DNA of 64,000 nucleotides from NCBI GenBank assembly GCA_963841435.1, contig CAWJCS010000006.1:640001-704000 (forward strand), written 5' to 3'. Positions within the stretch are counted from its first letter, which is position 1, and every line of letters starts with the position of its first letter. Both the position numbers and the translations under genes were made by a program. This DNA is from an uncultured delta proteobacterium. GTDB taxonomy: Bacteria; Myxococcota_A; Polyangia; Polyangiales; Polyangiaceae. Of the stretch, positions 9,561 to 20,993 are shown piece by piece. Below the pieces are notes generated by a model, which was given only the letters and a program-made list of their open reading frames with translations, was not told the DNA's origin and ran no database searches.

Positions 9561-11330
9561 ATGGATGCTAAGAACACACGCGCCGTGCGTGCCAAATTCC
9601 CGGTTTCGACGCTGACCGCAACGCTCCTCGCACTCTCGGTGGCGCCTGCGGCGCGGGCCTTCCCGGGCTTCATGGCAAGCAAGGGCAAGCCGCCCGTCGT
9701 GCATTCGACGCACATCGTGGTGATGAAGAAGGGCCCGAGCACGGTCGTCACCTTGATGCCCGACTACCAGGGCTCGCTCGAGCCCTTCGTCATCGTTCTC
9801 CCCGTTCCGGCAGACGTCACGGCCGATCACGTCGTCACGCTCAAGCGCGAGTACGTGGATCACGCCGATCAGATCAGCGCGCCCCGGTTTCACGAATTCT
9901 GGGAGCAGGATCCATGCGACCCCGGGCCGCCCGAGCAGGAGTGGCAGCGTGACCTGCGCGTGACGGGCAGCGGGTTCCTCGGGGCGCCTGCTCCCGGTGG
10001 TGGCGAGCACAAGGTAGCCAAGGAGCTGCTCATCGATACGCAGGTGCGCACCAAGGAGGGCGAGTACACGATGAGCGTGCTGCCTGCCGGTACCTCGCCG
10101 CTCGGCTGGCTCAAGGAGCACGGGTATCGAGCCCCGCCCGGAACCGATGCCGCGATCGCGCCGTACGTCAGCGCGGGCAACGCCTTCGTCGCTGCCGAAG
10201 TTGACGTGAAGCGCATCGAGCTCGTCGGCGGCGATCGCGCGCAACTCTCGCCGATCCGCTTCTTCACCCAGGAACCGTACGACACGCTGCCCGTGAAGCT
10301 CGGCATCGTGAACGCGCCGGCCAACGACCTTCAAGAGATCGTCGTCTACACGCTCGATCCCGACAAGCGCTACGAGGTCCAAAACTACAAGACGATCACG
10401 CCGCCCACGAACATCGAGGTCGACTTCGACGTGAAGGAGCGGATGGGGGAGTTTTACAATTCGCTCTACGATCGCATCCTGGCGAAGAATCCCGACACCG
10501 TGCTGCTCGAGTATGCGTGGTCGTTCGAGGGCTGCGGTCAGCCGTGCGCCACCGTCCCGTTCGAGCTTTCCGAGCTCTTGAGCCTGGGCGGCGATGTGTT
10601 CGAGCGCGCGGTGTCGGAAGAAGAGCTGAATCCGAAGCCTCCGGCGCTGACCGCGGAAGAGAAGGAGCTCGATAAGGAGCTCCTGAAGCCCCTCAAGCCC
10701 AAGGAGCGGCGCAAGAAACAGAAGGAGCTCCAGGAGGATCGCGAGAAGGTCGCGCGCATCAAAGCGCTCGTCGAGCGCAACAAGTACGTGCTCACGCGCC
10801 TCCACTTCCGCTTCGGTAAGGCCACGCTGCCGCGCGATCCGAAGCTTGCGCCCGCGAACGCGCTCGAGGGCGGCATCGCACTGCCCAAGGGGCAGAAGCG
10901 CGAGGCGAACATGGCCGTCGTGGCGGCCAAGGAGAGCAAGCTTCAGACGCGGTACAACAACTTCCACAACTGGAAGCCCGTCATTCACTGTCCTTCGCCG
11001 GATCGCTGGCGGTGGGGCAAGTCGCCGCCGGACTACCGGGGTCTGCGAAAGACCTGGATCGCGGACGATCTGACGCGCAAGAGCCGCACGCAGATCAACG
11101 CACAGAAGATGATTCTCACCCCGCTGCCCGAGCTCGGCCTCGGGCCGGGCTTCGAGCCGAAGGATGCCGGTGCCGACGCCGCCGACGCCGGCGAAGCTCC
11201 GAGCAGCAAAAAGACGTGCGGTTGCCGCGTGCCGGGTGGGGGTCGCGTTGCGGGGGCGCCGCTCTTCTTGGTGCTCGGTGCCGCGCTCGGCCTGGGTCGC
11301 AGCATCCGTCGCCGTGCCCGGCGACGCTGA
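9561..11330 (+). CDS. DUF2330-like exported protein with MYXO-CTERM-like tail
   Basis: Signal peptide ARA-FPGF; SAPRFHEFWEQDPC, WLKEHGY, LSPIRF, VLTRLH; C-terminal CGCRV + TM + Arg cluster. Confidence 0.75.
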   Translation: MDAKNTRAVRAKFPVSTLTATLLALSVAPAARAFPGFMASKGKPPVVHSTHIVVMKKGPSTVVTLMPDYQGSLEPFVIVLPVPADVTADHVVTLKREYVDHADQISAPRFHEFWEQDPCDPGPPEQEWQRDLRVTGSGFLGAPAPGGGEHKVAKELLIDTQVRTKEGEYTMSVLPAGTSPLGWLKEHGYRAPPGTDAAIAPYVSAGNAFVAAEVDVKRIELVGGDRAQLSPIRFFTQEPYDTLPVKLGIVNAPANDLQEIVVYTLDPDKRYEVQNYKTITPPTNIEVDFDVKERMGEFYNSLYDRILAKNPDTVLLEYAWSFEGCGQPCATVPFELSELLSLGGDVFERAVSEEELNPKPPALTAEEKELDKELLKPLKPKERRKKQKELQEDREKVARIKALVERNKYVLTRLHFRFGKATLPRDPKLAPANALEGGIALPKGQKREANMAVVAAKESKLQTRYNNFHNWKPVIHCPSPDRWRWGKSPPDYRGLRKTWIADDLTRKSRTQINAQKMILTPLPELGLGPGFEPKDAGADAADAGEAPSSKKTCGCRVPGGGRVAGAPLFLVLGAALGLGRSIRRRARRR

Positions 11331-11334
11331 CTCG

Positions 11335-12474
11335 CTAGAATGGCGCCGTCACGCCCCGCGCGTTTCGTGCCGCGAAGTACGAGCGTAGGACGTCTCGTGC
11401 GACCTCCGCTCCCTTGCGGCGCCACACGGCGCCGTTTTCGAGCAGCACGCTGACGACGACCGTCGGGTGGCGCGCGGGGGCGAACCCGATGAACCAGCTC
11501 GCGGTCTCGTCGCCGTCGTCGGGGGCGAGCGTCCCCGTTTTGCCCGCCACCTTCACGGAGGCGAGCAGCGGGTGCCCGAGGTCGTCGTAAAAGGCGTTGC
11601 GGGCCGTGCCGCTCTCGACCGTCACCTCCATCATGCGCTCCAGGCGGTGCGCCGTGAGGGCGCTGATGGCGCGGCCGGTCGTCTCGAGCTCCGCGGGCGC
11701 GTCGGCTCCCTCGCTCCGAGCGAGTCGGAACCGCGGTGAAAGCCCGCCCGTGGCGACGACGGCCGCCAGATAGGCGCCCCCGAGGGGCGTGAGCGTCGTG
11801 CCGCGGAAACCCGCGGCCGTGCGCGCGAAGTCGAGGTCGCCGTAGGGGACGTCGAGCGTGCCGACGAGCACGGGGAAGTCGAAGGGAAGCTCGTGATTGA
11901 ATCCGATCCGTTCGGCCACCTCGAGTAGGTCGGTGCGCAGCAGGCGGTGCGTCGCGAGCTGAGCGAACGCGGCGTTGCGGCTGTGCCCGAGCGCTTGGAA
12001 GAACGAGCCGCAGCGGATGTCGCCCTCGCGCGGGCGATCGAGATGGCGTCGCTCGATGCTGCGCAGGCCGCCGGCGATGCACACCCGGTCACGTGGTTGG
12101 ACGTTGCCGCGTTCGTAGAGCGCCACGGTCGTCACGACCTTGAACACGCTCGCGGCTGGAGCGCTCGGCGTCGTGACGACGGAAGGCCCGCGCCCGTCGC
12201 GTCGCCGGTCCGCCCACGCGAGGATGTGACCCGTCGTGATGTCCACCGCGACGATGGCACCAGCCACGGGACGCGCGCGCTCGAGCAGGCGTTCGGCGTC
12301 GGCCTGCAGCGCCGGATCGAGGGTTAGCCGGGCCTTCGAGCCGGCGAGGCGCCCCACGACGACGCCGTCGAGAGTCTTCGCGTGGGAGAGGTCCACCCGG
12401 GGCGAGCTGCCGGAGCGATCCGGGGCGGCTCCGAGGAGCAGCAGGCCTAGGCAGGCGACCCGAGCTCGTCGCAT
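11335..12474 (-). CDS. Penicillin-binding protein, transpeptidase domain only
   Basis: SxxK (ASVFK), SxN (SRN), KTG (GKTGT); LTLDPALQ. Confidence 0.88.
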   Translation of the reverse strand: MRRARVACLGLLLLGAAPDRSGSSPRVDLSHAKTLDGVVVGRLAGSKARLTLDPALQADAERLLERARPVAGAIVAVDITTGHILAWADRRRDGRGPSVVTTPSAPAASVFKVVTTVALYERGNVQPRDRVCIAGGLRSIERRHLDRPREGDIRCGSFFQALGHSRNAAFAQLATHRLLRTDLLEVAERIGFNHELPFDFPVLVGTLDVPYGDLDFARTAAGFRGTTLTPLGGAYLAAVVATGGLSPRFRLARSEGADAPAELETTGRAISALTAHRLERMMEVTVESGTARNAFYDDLGHPLLASVKVAGKTGTLAPDDGDETASWFIGFAPARHPTVVVSVLLENGAVWRRKGAEVARDVLRSYFAARNARGVTAPF

Positions 12475-12633
12475 CGCCCACTCGTAAGGCCGTTCCCCCT
12501 TTGGTGCCAACTTCCGAGGGCTTCATATTTTGCCTTATGGTTTCAGTAGCTTGAAGAGGATTGCCGGCCTAACGGCCGCCATGGGAGCGCACGTTCTTGG
12601 CATCATGTAGTCAAGAGACCTACCATTGACTAC

Positions 12634-12972
12634 ATGAACGGGACCGCCAGACGTCAGGTCGGAATGCGAGCCAGGACGGATTTTCGAGTGACGGCACGTT
12701 GGGGGCACAAGAGCCTCAGCTGCCGCGGCATCGAAGTTTCGCCGGGCGGGATCGTCCTCGACTCGGGCCTGCGCCGGTTGGGGACACCGCTCTGGATCTG
12801 GCTCGAGCTCGAGCTACCCGAGCGCGTGCGGCCGATGCGGGCGCTCGCACGGCCGGTCTGGACGCTGGGCTCCCAACAGGCGCTGCGCTTCGTGCGCATC
12901 TCCGACGCCGATCGTCTCTCACTCGCCGAGCACGTGGACCTCGCCGCTCGCCGCGGCATGGTCCTGAACTGA
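12634..12972 (+). CDS. Stand-alone PilZ-domain protein
   Basis: RxxxR-like N-terminus, EVSPGG (D/NxSxxG variant), ARPVW, ALRF; start may be 12664. Confidence 0.65.
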   Translation: MNGTARRQVGMRARTDFRVTARWGHKSLSCRGIEVSPGGIVLDSGLRRLGTPLWIWLELELPERVRPMRALARPVWTLGSQQALRFVRISDADRLSLAEHVDLAARRGMVLN

Positions 12973-12979
12973 GGTGAAC

Positions 12980-14017
12980 ATGAAATCGTCCACCCGACTT
13001 GCCGCTCGCCTGATTCGCGCGAGCATCTGCACCACGTCGCCGGCGCTGATGAGCGGCTGTGTGGCCGCCAAACACTACGACGAAGCGCGTTCGGTGGCCG
13101 AGAGCGAGATGGCGGCCCACCAGCATGCTCAAGCGAGACTCGGCGCGGCGCTCGAGCGTGTGCGCTCGCTGGAGCAGTCACTCGACGAAAAGGAGCAGGC
13201 GCTCGCGCAGAAGGACCACGAGCTCGATGCGGGGCAGTCCGTCGTCGCGCAGTCGAAGCTCGAAGCGACGGTCGCTATGAGCGAGAAGCGGGCCGCGAGC
13301 GAGCTCGTCGATCAGCTGCGCGGAGAGCTCGCGCGCACGGGCGACCATTTGAGCGTTTTTTCCCATGAAAAGCGCGACCTCGAACAAGCGCTCGTGCTCG
13401 CCGAGCAGCGCTTGACCACCGCCGAGCGCGCCGAACGAAGCTTTGGCGAGCTACTCGAGGTGACGAGGGACCTGGCGCTTTCGCTCGGCGAGCCGCTCGG
13501 CGCTGGCCTGCTCGCACTCGGCACGCACGCTAGCGGCGTCAGCCTGTACCTGCCGAACGAGCGCGTCTTCGCGGGCGAGACCGACCAGCTACTGGCCCAG
13601 GCCGAGCCCTACCTCGCGTCGTTCGCTCGGGTGAGTGGGCGTCATCCGACACTTCGCGTCCTCGTGCTCTCGAAGGACCCGGGGGCGAGCTCGGCGGCCC
13701 GCGCCGACCGCATCAAGCTCGGGCTCACCGAGCTCGGGGTCGCAGACGAGCGCATCACGCTGGACGTAACGCCCGCGGAACCGTCACCGGCCGACGCCAC
13801 GGCTCCGAGCGGTATCGCTCCGGATGCGACCGCTCCTCTTGCTGCGGATGCCCCGGTCAACGGCGCCGCGCCAGAAGCTCCCGAGCCCACCGAAGAGGCC
13901 CCCGCGGCGGCGCCCGAGGGCCCCGGTGACTCGCTCGCCCCGTTGCCCGAATCGTCGGCACCCGAGCCGCACGCCCAAAGCGCGCTCGGCGGCTACGAGC
14001 TCGTGCTCACGCCTTGA
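12980..14017 (+). CDS. Lipoprotein with long coiled coil and degenerate OmpA/MotB-like domain
   Basis: Lipobox MSGC-V; heptad-rich region; LPNERVF...RADRIKLGLTELGVADERI; acidic Pro-rich tail. Confidence 0.6.
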   Translation: MKSSTRLAARLIRASICTTSPALMSGCVAAKHYDEARSVAESEMAAHQHAQARLGAALERVRSLEQSLDEKEQALAQKDHELDAGQSVVAQSKLEATVAMSEKRAASELVDQLRGELARTGDHLSVFSHEKRDLEQALVLAEQRLTTAERAERSFGELLEVTRDLALSLGEPLGAGLLALGTHASGVSLYLPNERVFAGETDQLLAQAEPYLASFARVSGRHPTLRVLVLSKDPGASSAARADRIKLGLTELGVADERITLDVTPAEPSPADATAPSGIAPDATAPLAADAPVNGAAPEAPEPTEEAPAAAPEGPGDSLAPLPESSAPEPHAQSALGGYELVLTP

Positions 14018-14020
14018 GCG

Positions 14021-14779
14021 TCAGGCGCGCGTGCCGACGCTGCGCCCGCCGTCGACCACGATCTCTTCGCCCGTCACGAAGCTTGCGCCCGCGAGGTAGA
14101 CGACGGCCTTGGCGACCTCGTCGGCCCCGCCCGTGCGCCCGAGCGGGATCCGCGCCACGAGCCGTTCGACCTCGGCGCTCGAGAGCGTCTCGGGCGGCAG
14201 GACCGTCCCGGGCGCGACGGCGTTGACGCGCACGTCCGGCGCGAGCTCGAGAGCGAGCGTGCGCACGAGCTGACGGAGCGCGCCCTTCGAGACCACGTAC
14301 GGCAGGTAGTTCTTGAAGGGCGCCGTGGCGCTGGTGCAGGTGATGAACACCATCGAGCCGCGGCTCGCGCGGAGCGCGGGCGTCAGTCGGTGCGCCAGCG
14401 CGAACGGCGAGGCGAGGTTCAGCGAAAGGCTGCGGTCGAACGCGGCGTCATCGAGGGTGTCGTACTCGAGGCGCTCGAAGCTCGCAGCGCTCGCCACGAA
14501 CAGATCGAGCCCGCCGAGCGCGGCGACGCTCGCGTCGGCCAGGCGCCGGGCCTCGTCGCGCGAGCCGAGATCGGCCTGTAGCACGTGGGCTTCGCCGCCC
14601 GCCTCGCGAATCGTGCGTGCCGTCTCGTCGGCGCCCGCGCGGCTCTGATGGTAGTGGACGACGACGCGCATCCCTTCGGCGGCGAGCGCGAGCGCGATGG
14701 CGCGCCCCACGCGCTTGCCGGCGCCCGTGACGAGCGCGCGCCCATCGACGAGGGGGCGTGGCCTTTCCGGGGCGTTCAT
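14021..14779 (-). CDS. SDR oxidoreductase, pteridine reductase (FolM/PTR1)-like
   Basis: TGAGKRVG, VHYHQS, YVVSK, RVNAVAPG, VDGG. Confidence 0.88.
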   Translation of the reverse strand: MNAPERPRPLVDGRALVTGAGKRVGRAIALALAAEGMRVVVHYHQSRAGADETARTIREAGGEAHVLQADLGSRDEARRLADASVAALGGLDLFVASAASFERLEYDTLDDAAFDRSLSLNLASPFALAHRLTPALRASRGSMVFITCTSATAPFKNYLPYVVSKGALRQLVRTLALELAPDVRVNAVAPGTVLPPETLSSAEVERLVARIPLGRTGGADEVAKAVVYLAGASFVTGEEIVVDGGRSVGTRA

Positions 14780-14789
14780 GCCCCCGAGA

Positions 14790-15509
14790 CTACAACGTGA
14801 GCGTCACCTTCGCCGGCCAGCTGCCGGGGGACGGAAAGCTCGCGCTCTCGAGCACCGAAACCAGGCAATCGACGGCCGCGTCGCCGGCCTCGTCGGGCGG
14901 CGCCACGCCGGCGGCGAGCACGCGGCCGTCGGTTCCTACGTAGAGCGTCGCCTCGTAGTCACCGTGGCGCCCGTCCTTGCACCTCGACACCTCGCCGAAC
15001 ACCTTCTGCAGGCCCGGAGCCGCATCGCGCTTCTCCCAGAACGTCGGCTCGCGGACGTCGTTGGGCGGGTCGAAGGAGAAGGACTTTCGCGCGAGGCCGT
15101 GCTCGCCGCCGACGGGCCGCGGCCACGTCTTGCCGCGCAGAGCGTCGAGCATGCAGCGTTCCGTCTCGCGATCGCCGAGCGTGGAGTGCTCGAGGTGCGC
15201 GTGGTCGACGCGCCCGCGCATGTCGATCTTCAGGTAGAAGCTCACCGTCCCACCGAGGAACTCGACGCGCTCGGCGCCGTGGCGCAAGCAGCGCTCGAGG
15301 GTGCTCACCGACGACGAGAACGTTCGATCGACCGCTTCCTCGTTCAAGCCGCCGATCTCGCTCGTGGCGCGGATGCCTTGCTCTTCGGCCTCGGGGCCCG
15401 AGGAGTCGATGTTCGCGGCCTTGGGTGGCGGCTCGCTCGAGCCACCACAGGCGACGAGGAGGACGGCGGCGAGTGTCAGGGGGGCGAAGCCAGAGCGAAG
15501 TCTCGACAT
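14790..15509 (-). CDS. Lipoprotein with two AgmX/PglI (TonB-C-like) domains
   Basis: Lipobox LVAC; STLGDRETERCML...WPRP; second repeat DCLVSVL...FPSP. Confidence 0.7.
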   Translation of the reverse strand: MSRLRSGFAPLTLAAVLLVACGGSSEPPPKAANIDSSGPEAEEQGIRATSEIGGLNEEAVDRTFSSSVSTLERCLRHGAERVEFLGGTVSFYLKIDMRGRVDHAHLEHSTLGDRETERCMLDALRGKTWPRPVGGEHGLARKSFSFDPPNDVREPTFWEKRDAAPGLQKVFGEVSRCKDGRHGDYEATLYVGTDGRVLAAGVAPPDEAGDAAVDCLVSVLESASFPSPGSWPAKVTLTL

Positions 15510-15565
15510 GATCGGGCGCGTTCGTAGCGCGAAGGACTCTCCCCGACAATCCGGGTGCGCGAGGC

Positions 15566-17536
15566 TCACTCTTCGTGGCCGCGGAGCCTTGCAAGGACGT
15601 TCAAATCTTCCAGGGTCGAGATGTCGCCCTGCGCCTCACGCCCGGCAGCGACGTCCTTGAGCAGCCTGCGCATGATTTTCCCACTGCGGGTCTTTGGAAG
15701 ACCTTCGGCGAACCGAATGTCGTCGGGGCGCGCAAATTTTCCGATTTCCTTCGCCACGTGCTCGGCGAGCGCCTTCTGCATCGAAGCATCGGCCAGGTTT
15801 CCGGGCTTCAAGGTGACGAACACGACCAGGGCCTGCCCCTTGATCTCGTCGGGTCGCCCCACGGCGGCCGCCTCGGCGACGGCGGGATGCGACACGAGGG
15901 CGCTCTCGATCTCGGCGGTGCCGATGCGGTGACCGGCGACGTTCAGCACGTCGTCGATGCGGCCGACCACGTGATAGTACCCGTCGCGATCCACGTGGGC
16001 ACCGTCGCCCGTGAAGTAGGCGCCGGGGATCTCGGAGAAGTATTGCTTCTCGTAGCGCGCGTCGTCGCCCCACACCGTGCGGAGCTGGCTCGGCCAGGGG
16101 CGCTTGATGACGAGCAGCCCGCCCTGTCCGTCGGGTACCTTGACGCCGCCCATGCCCACCACCTCGGGGACGACGCCGAAGAAGGGAAACCCCGCGGCCC
16201 CGGGTTGCGCGGCATGCGCGCCGGGCAGCGTCGTCAAGAGGATCGACCCCGTCTCGGTTTGCCACCAGGTATCGACGATCGGGCAGCGCTTCTTGCCGAT
16301 GTGCTCCTGGTACCACATCCAAGCTTCTGGGTTGATGGGCTCGCCGACGCTGCCGAGCAGCCGCAGGCTCGAGAGATCCGAGCGCGCGGGCCATTCGGTG
16401 CCCGCGCGAATGAACGCGCGAATCGCCGTGGGAGCCGTGTAGAGGATGGTGGCCTTGTGATCCTCGATGATGCGGAACAAGCGCCCCCAGTCGGGATGAT
16501 TGGGGGCTCCCTCGTAAAGCAGGCACGTCGCGCCGTTCGAGAGCGGCCCGTACACGATGTAGCTGTGGCCGGTGACCCAGCCAACGTCTGCCGTGCAGAA
16601 GTAGACGTCGTCGTCGCGCAGGTCGAACACGTACTTCGAGGTCACGTGCGCTCCGGCGAGGTAGCCCGCTGTCGTGTGCAGCACGCCCTTCGGTTTGCCG
16701 GTCGAGCCCGACGTGTAGAGGATGAAGAGCGGATGCTCGGCGTCGACGATTTCGGCGGCCTTGCCTCCATCGGGGTCCGTGCCCGAAACCGCGGCCTCCC
16801 AGTCGAGATCACGGCCAGGCTTGAGCGTGATCGGAGCGCGCTCGGGCCCGACGCGGCGGCAGACCAGCACCTTCTCCACGCTCGGCGTCCCCTCGAGCGC
16901 CTGGTCGACGGTGGCCTTCAGCGGCACGATCTGGCCGCGGCGGTAGGCGCCGTCCTGCGTCAAGACGAGCTTGGCTCCGGAATCGTTGATGCGGTCACGC
17001 AGCGACTCCGCTGCGAATCCGCCGAAAACTACGGTGTGCGGCGCCCCGACGCGCGCACACGCGAGCATGGCCACCACGACCTCGGGGATCATGCCCATGT
17101 AGATGGCGACGCGATCACCCTTCTTCACGCCGAGCCCGCGGATGACCGCGGCGAGCGCCACGACCTTCTCGTGGAGCTCGGCGTAGGTGAGCGTCAGCGT
17201 GTCGCCCGGCTCGCCCTCCCACACGATCGCGCGTGCGTCGCGGCGCGGTGTCGTGAGGTGGCGATCGAGGCAGCTCTCCGACACGTTCAGTGTCGCGCCG
17301 AGGAACCATTTGCAAAACGGCGGGTTTTCCTCGACCAGCTTCGTGAACGGCGTGCGGAACACGAGGTCCGCGGTCTCGCGGCGCCAGAAGGTTTCGGGTG
17401 AGTCGATGCTCTCGCGGTAAAGCTCGAGGTAGCGCTCCTCCGACGGGATGCGGGCGCGTGCCGAAAACTCGGGGCTGGGCGCGAAACGGCGGCTGTCCGA
17501 CGAATGTGTCTCGATGGCGCGTGTGTCGATGCTCAT
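15566..17536 (-). CDS. acs: Acetyl-CoA synthetase
   Basis: [60 protein letters not shown]. Confidence 0.97.
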   Translation of the reverse strand: MSIDTRAIETHSSDSRRFAPSPEFSARARIPSEERYLELYRESIDSPETFWRRETADLVFRTPFTKLVEENPPFCKWFLGATLNVSESCLDRHLTTPRRDARAIVWEGEPGDTLTLTYAELHEKVVALAAVIRGLGVKKGDRVAIYMGMIPEVVVAMLACARVGAPHTVVFGGFAAESLRDRINDSGAKLVLTQDGAYRRGQIVPLKATVDQALEGTPSVEKVLVCRRVGPERAPITLKPGRDLDWEAAVSGTDPDGGKAAEIVDAEHPLFILYTSGSTGKPKGVLHTTAGYLAGAHVTSKYVFDLRDDDVYFCTADVGWVTGHSYIVYGPLSNGATCLLYEGAPNHPDWGRLFRIIEDHKATILYTAPTAIRAFIRAGTEWPARSDLSSLRLLGSVGEPINPEAWMWYQEHIGKKRCPIVDTWWQTETGSILLTTLPGAHAAQPGAAGFPFFGVVPEVVGMGGVKVPDGQGGLLVIKRPWPSQLRTVWGDDARYEKQYFSEIPGAYFTGDGAHVDRDGYYHVVGRIDDVLNVAGHRIGTAEIESALVSHPAVAEAAAVGRPDEIKGQALVVFVTLKPGNLADASMQKALAEHVAKEIGKFARPDDIRFAEGLPKTRSGKIMRRLLKDVAAGREAQGDISTLEDLNVLARLRGHEE

Positions 17537-17563
17537 CGTCCTCTCCAAGTCGAGGAGCGTACC

Positions 17564-19036
17564 CTACGGTGGTGCGCCCCATTCGCTGTATCCGCCCCGT
17601 ACGCCGAGGCCGATGAAACCCAGGGTTTTTCCGCCCGGGAAGGCCGAGCGCCCGTTGCGCTCCGCGTTGATACCACGCGTCCCATCCACGAGAGCGAAAA
17701 GATCCAGGCCGAACAGGAATTTTCTCCAGTTCGATGCCACGCCGAGCTCCACGAGCAAGTAGGGATCCACGCCCGGCTTTTGCCCGGGGCGGAGCCGCAG
17801 CTCGTGCCACACGATTCCTCCGCCGATGCCTCCCGCCACACGTAGCCGATCAGCTGGCGTCATGACGCGGAGGCTCGGCCCGAAGCGCGCCCAGCGCACG
17901 CGGTAGTCGATGCCGCACTGTGGCTCGCCCGATGCTCCGCTCGCCTCCGGGTCGCACGCGTTCTTCACCGAAAGCGAACCGAGCTCGAGCAGGGCATCCA
18001 CACCGACGTTCGGACGCAGGCGTCGCCCAGCCCGCAGACCGAAGGCGCCCGAGAGCGACCGCGCGCGCGAGAGGTCGAGCCCGAAGGCCGCCGCGCCGGT
18101 GCCCTGCACGTTGAACGACAGGAGGCCATAGTATCCGACCGGTGGTTTGGGTGAGGGGGGCGCCGGCAGGGCGCCTTCGGCGACGGGCGGTGGCAGCGCT
18201 CCCCGTTCGGCATGGCCGAGCTTGCCTTCAATCTGGAGACGCTCGCCAACGTCGACGCGAACGCGATCCTCGAACGGCTCGAATCCGGCGCGATACACCT
18301 GCACGAGGTGATCGTCGCCGGGCGCCACCGGGCCCACCCAGTGCCCGAGCGCGACAGCCTTGCCGTCGATGGCGATCGCGGCCGCCGGATCGCTCGCGCG
18401 CACGTCGAGGAAGCCGAGCACGGGCTCGAGCGTGAGCGCGACTGGCAGGTCGAGCTGTCCCCCCGCGACGCGCACCGTCCGCGTCGCGCGCGCGTAGCCG
18501 GGAGCCTCGGCGACGAACGTGTGCTCGCCAACGTTGACGCGCACGGCGACGAGCCTCTCTTTGTCGGGGAGGGGCTGCCCGTCGAGCGTGACCTTGGCGT
18601 CGGCCGGCGTCACCGTGACACGAATCGAGCCGACGAGCGCTCGGAGCTCGTCCCGCGCCAGACGTGCCGCGGTACGCTCGGCGTCCGAGAGCTCGGCGTC
18701 GTGGCGCGTGAGCAGCCGCGTCAGGGTGTCCGCCGCCTCGCCATAGCGGAACAGCGCCTTCTGACAGAGCGCGACGTTCTGCAGTGAGCCGGGACCGGGT
18801 TTTTCTTCGTACGCCGCCTCGAACTCGGCGAGCGAGCCGGCGTAGTTGCCGTCGCGATACAGGCGGATGCCCGCCTTGAAGTGCGCGCGGGCTCGCTCGG
18901 TGGCGGCCTTTGCCGGATCGACCTCGGGCACGGGGGACGCCGGCTGCGCCGGGCTCGCGGGCTTCTCCTCCGCACGCGCCTCGTCCCACGAAAGAGCAAC
19001 GAACAGCACGGCCGCGACCACGGCCCAGGAACGCAT
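17564..19036 (-). CDS. Exported TPR + PEGA domain protein with C-terminal beta region
   Basis: Signal peptide; ARAHFKAG..LY..G.Y TPR; VTPADAKVTLDG and GEHTFVAEAPGY PEGA. Confidence 0.8.
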   Translation of the reverse strand: MRSWAVVAAVLFVALSWDEARAEEKPASPAQPASPVPEVDPAKAATERARAHFKAGIRLYRDGNYAGSLAEFEAAYEEKPGPGSLQNVALCQKALFRYGEAADTLTRLLTRHDAELSDAERTAARLARDELRALVGSIRVTVTPADAKVTLDGQPLPDKERLVAVRVNVGEHTFVAEAPGYARATRTVRVAGGQLDLPVALTLEPVLGFLDVRASDPAAAIAIDGKAVALGHWVGPVAPGDDHLVQVYRAGFEPFEDRVRVDVGERLQIEGKLGHAERGALPPPVAEGALPAPPSPKPPVGYYGLLSFNVQGTGAAAFGLDLSRARSLSGAFGLRAGRRLRPNVGVDALLELGSLSVKNACDPEASGASGEPQCGIDYRVRWARFGPSLRVMTPADRLRVAGGIGGGIVWHELRLRPGQKPGVDPYLLVELGVASNWRKFLFGLDLFALVDGTRGINAERNGRSAFPGGKTLGFIGLGVRGGYSEWGAPP

Positions 19037-19068
19037 GGCACCTTTTTAGCAGGCACCTGCCGTCAGGG

Positions 19069-20391
<1,323 letters not shown>

Positions 20392-20454
20392 CGGCGCTCG
20401 GCCGACAGCGTAACCCTTCTTGGACGGCGCCGCAGCGCGGCCGCCCCACCGGCG

Positions 20455-20721
20455 CTACTTCTGCTTCGACTTCGCGGCAGACGAAGCGATGCGGGAGGTC
20501 ACGCGCCCAGCGGTCTTCTTTGGGACGACGCCCTTGCTGGCGGCGCGGGCGAGAGCGCGCTCGGCCGTCAGCACGAGCTCCTTGGCGCCCGCCTCACCGG
20601 CCTGGATGGCGTGGCGCGCCTTCTTGAGGACCGTACGCAGGGAGCTCTTGACGGCTCGGTTGCGGGCCGTGCGCGTGATGCGCTGACGGTTGCGCTTTTG
20701 GGCGGAGGGATGATTGGCCAT
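20455..20721 (-). CDS. rpsT: 30S ribosomal protein S20
   Basis: MANHPSAQKRNRQ...RNRAVKSSLRT..KK...KGV. Confidence 0.97.
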   Translation of the reverse strand: MANHPSAQKRNRQRITRTARNRAVKSSLRTVLKKARHAIQAGEAGAKELVLTAERALARAASKGVVPKKTAGRVTSRIASSAAKSKQK

Positions 20722-20921
20722 GGTGTGCTCGTCAGGTCGCCTTGCCCGGCTTCGCGTCCGGGGCCTTCGGGTCGTAGCCCTCGGGTTGTAGCGGGAACTT
20801 GGGGGTGCCACCGCGGGCCGCTGCGCGCTTGCGCGCTGCCCCGGCGCCACGCGCGCGAATGTTGCGGCGGCGTTCGGTTTGACGGGTCGAAGAAACCATG
20901 GGGGGGCCTTTGGGGCCCGCG

Positions 20922-20949
20922 ACTATGTCACCAAGCGCCCCATTGTCAA
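20922..20949 (-). promoter_or_regulatory. Sigma70-type promoter of rpsT
   Basis: Minus strand TTGACA-16 nt-CATAGT with extended -10 TG. Confidence 0.6.
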
Positions 20950-20993
20950 CAAGGCGCGGGGCCCTGCTCGCCAGGGGGCGGCTCGCGCGGCCC

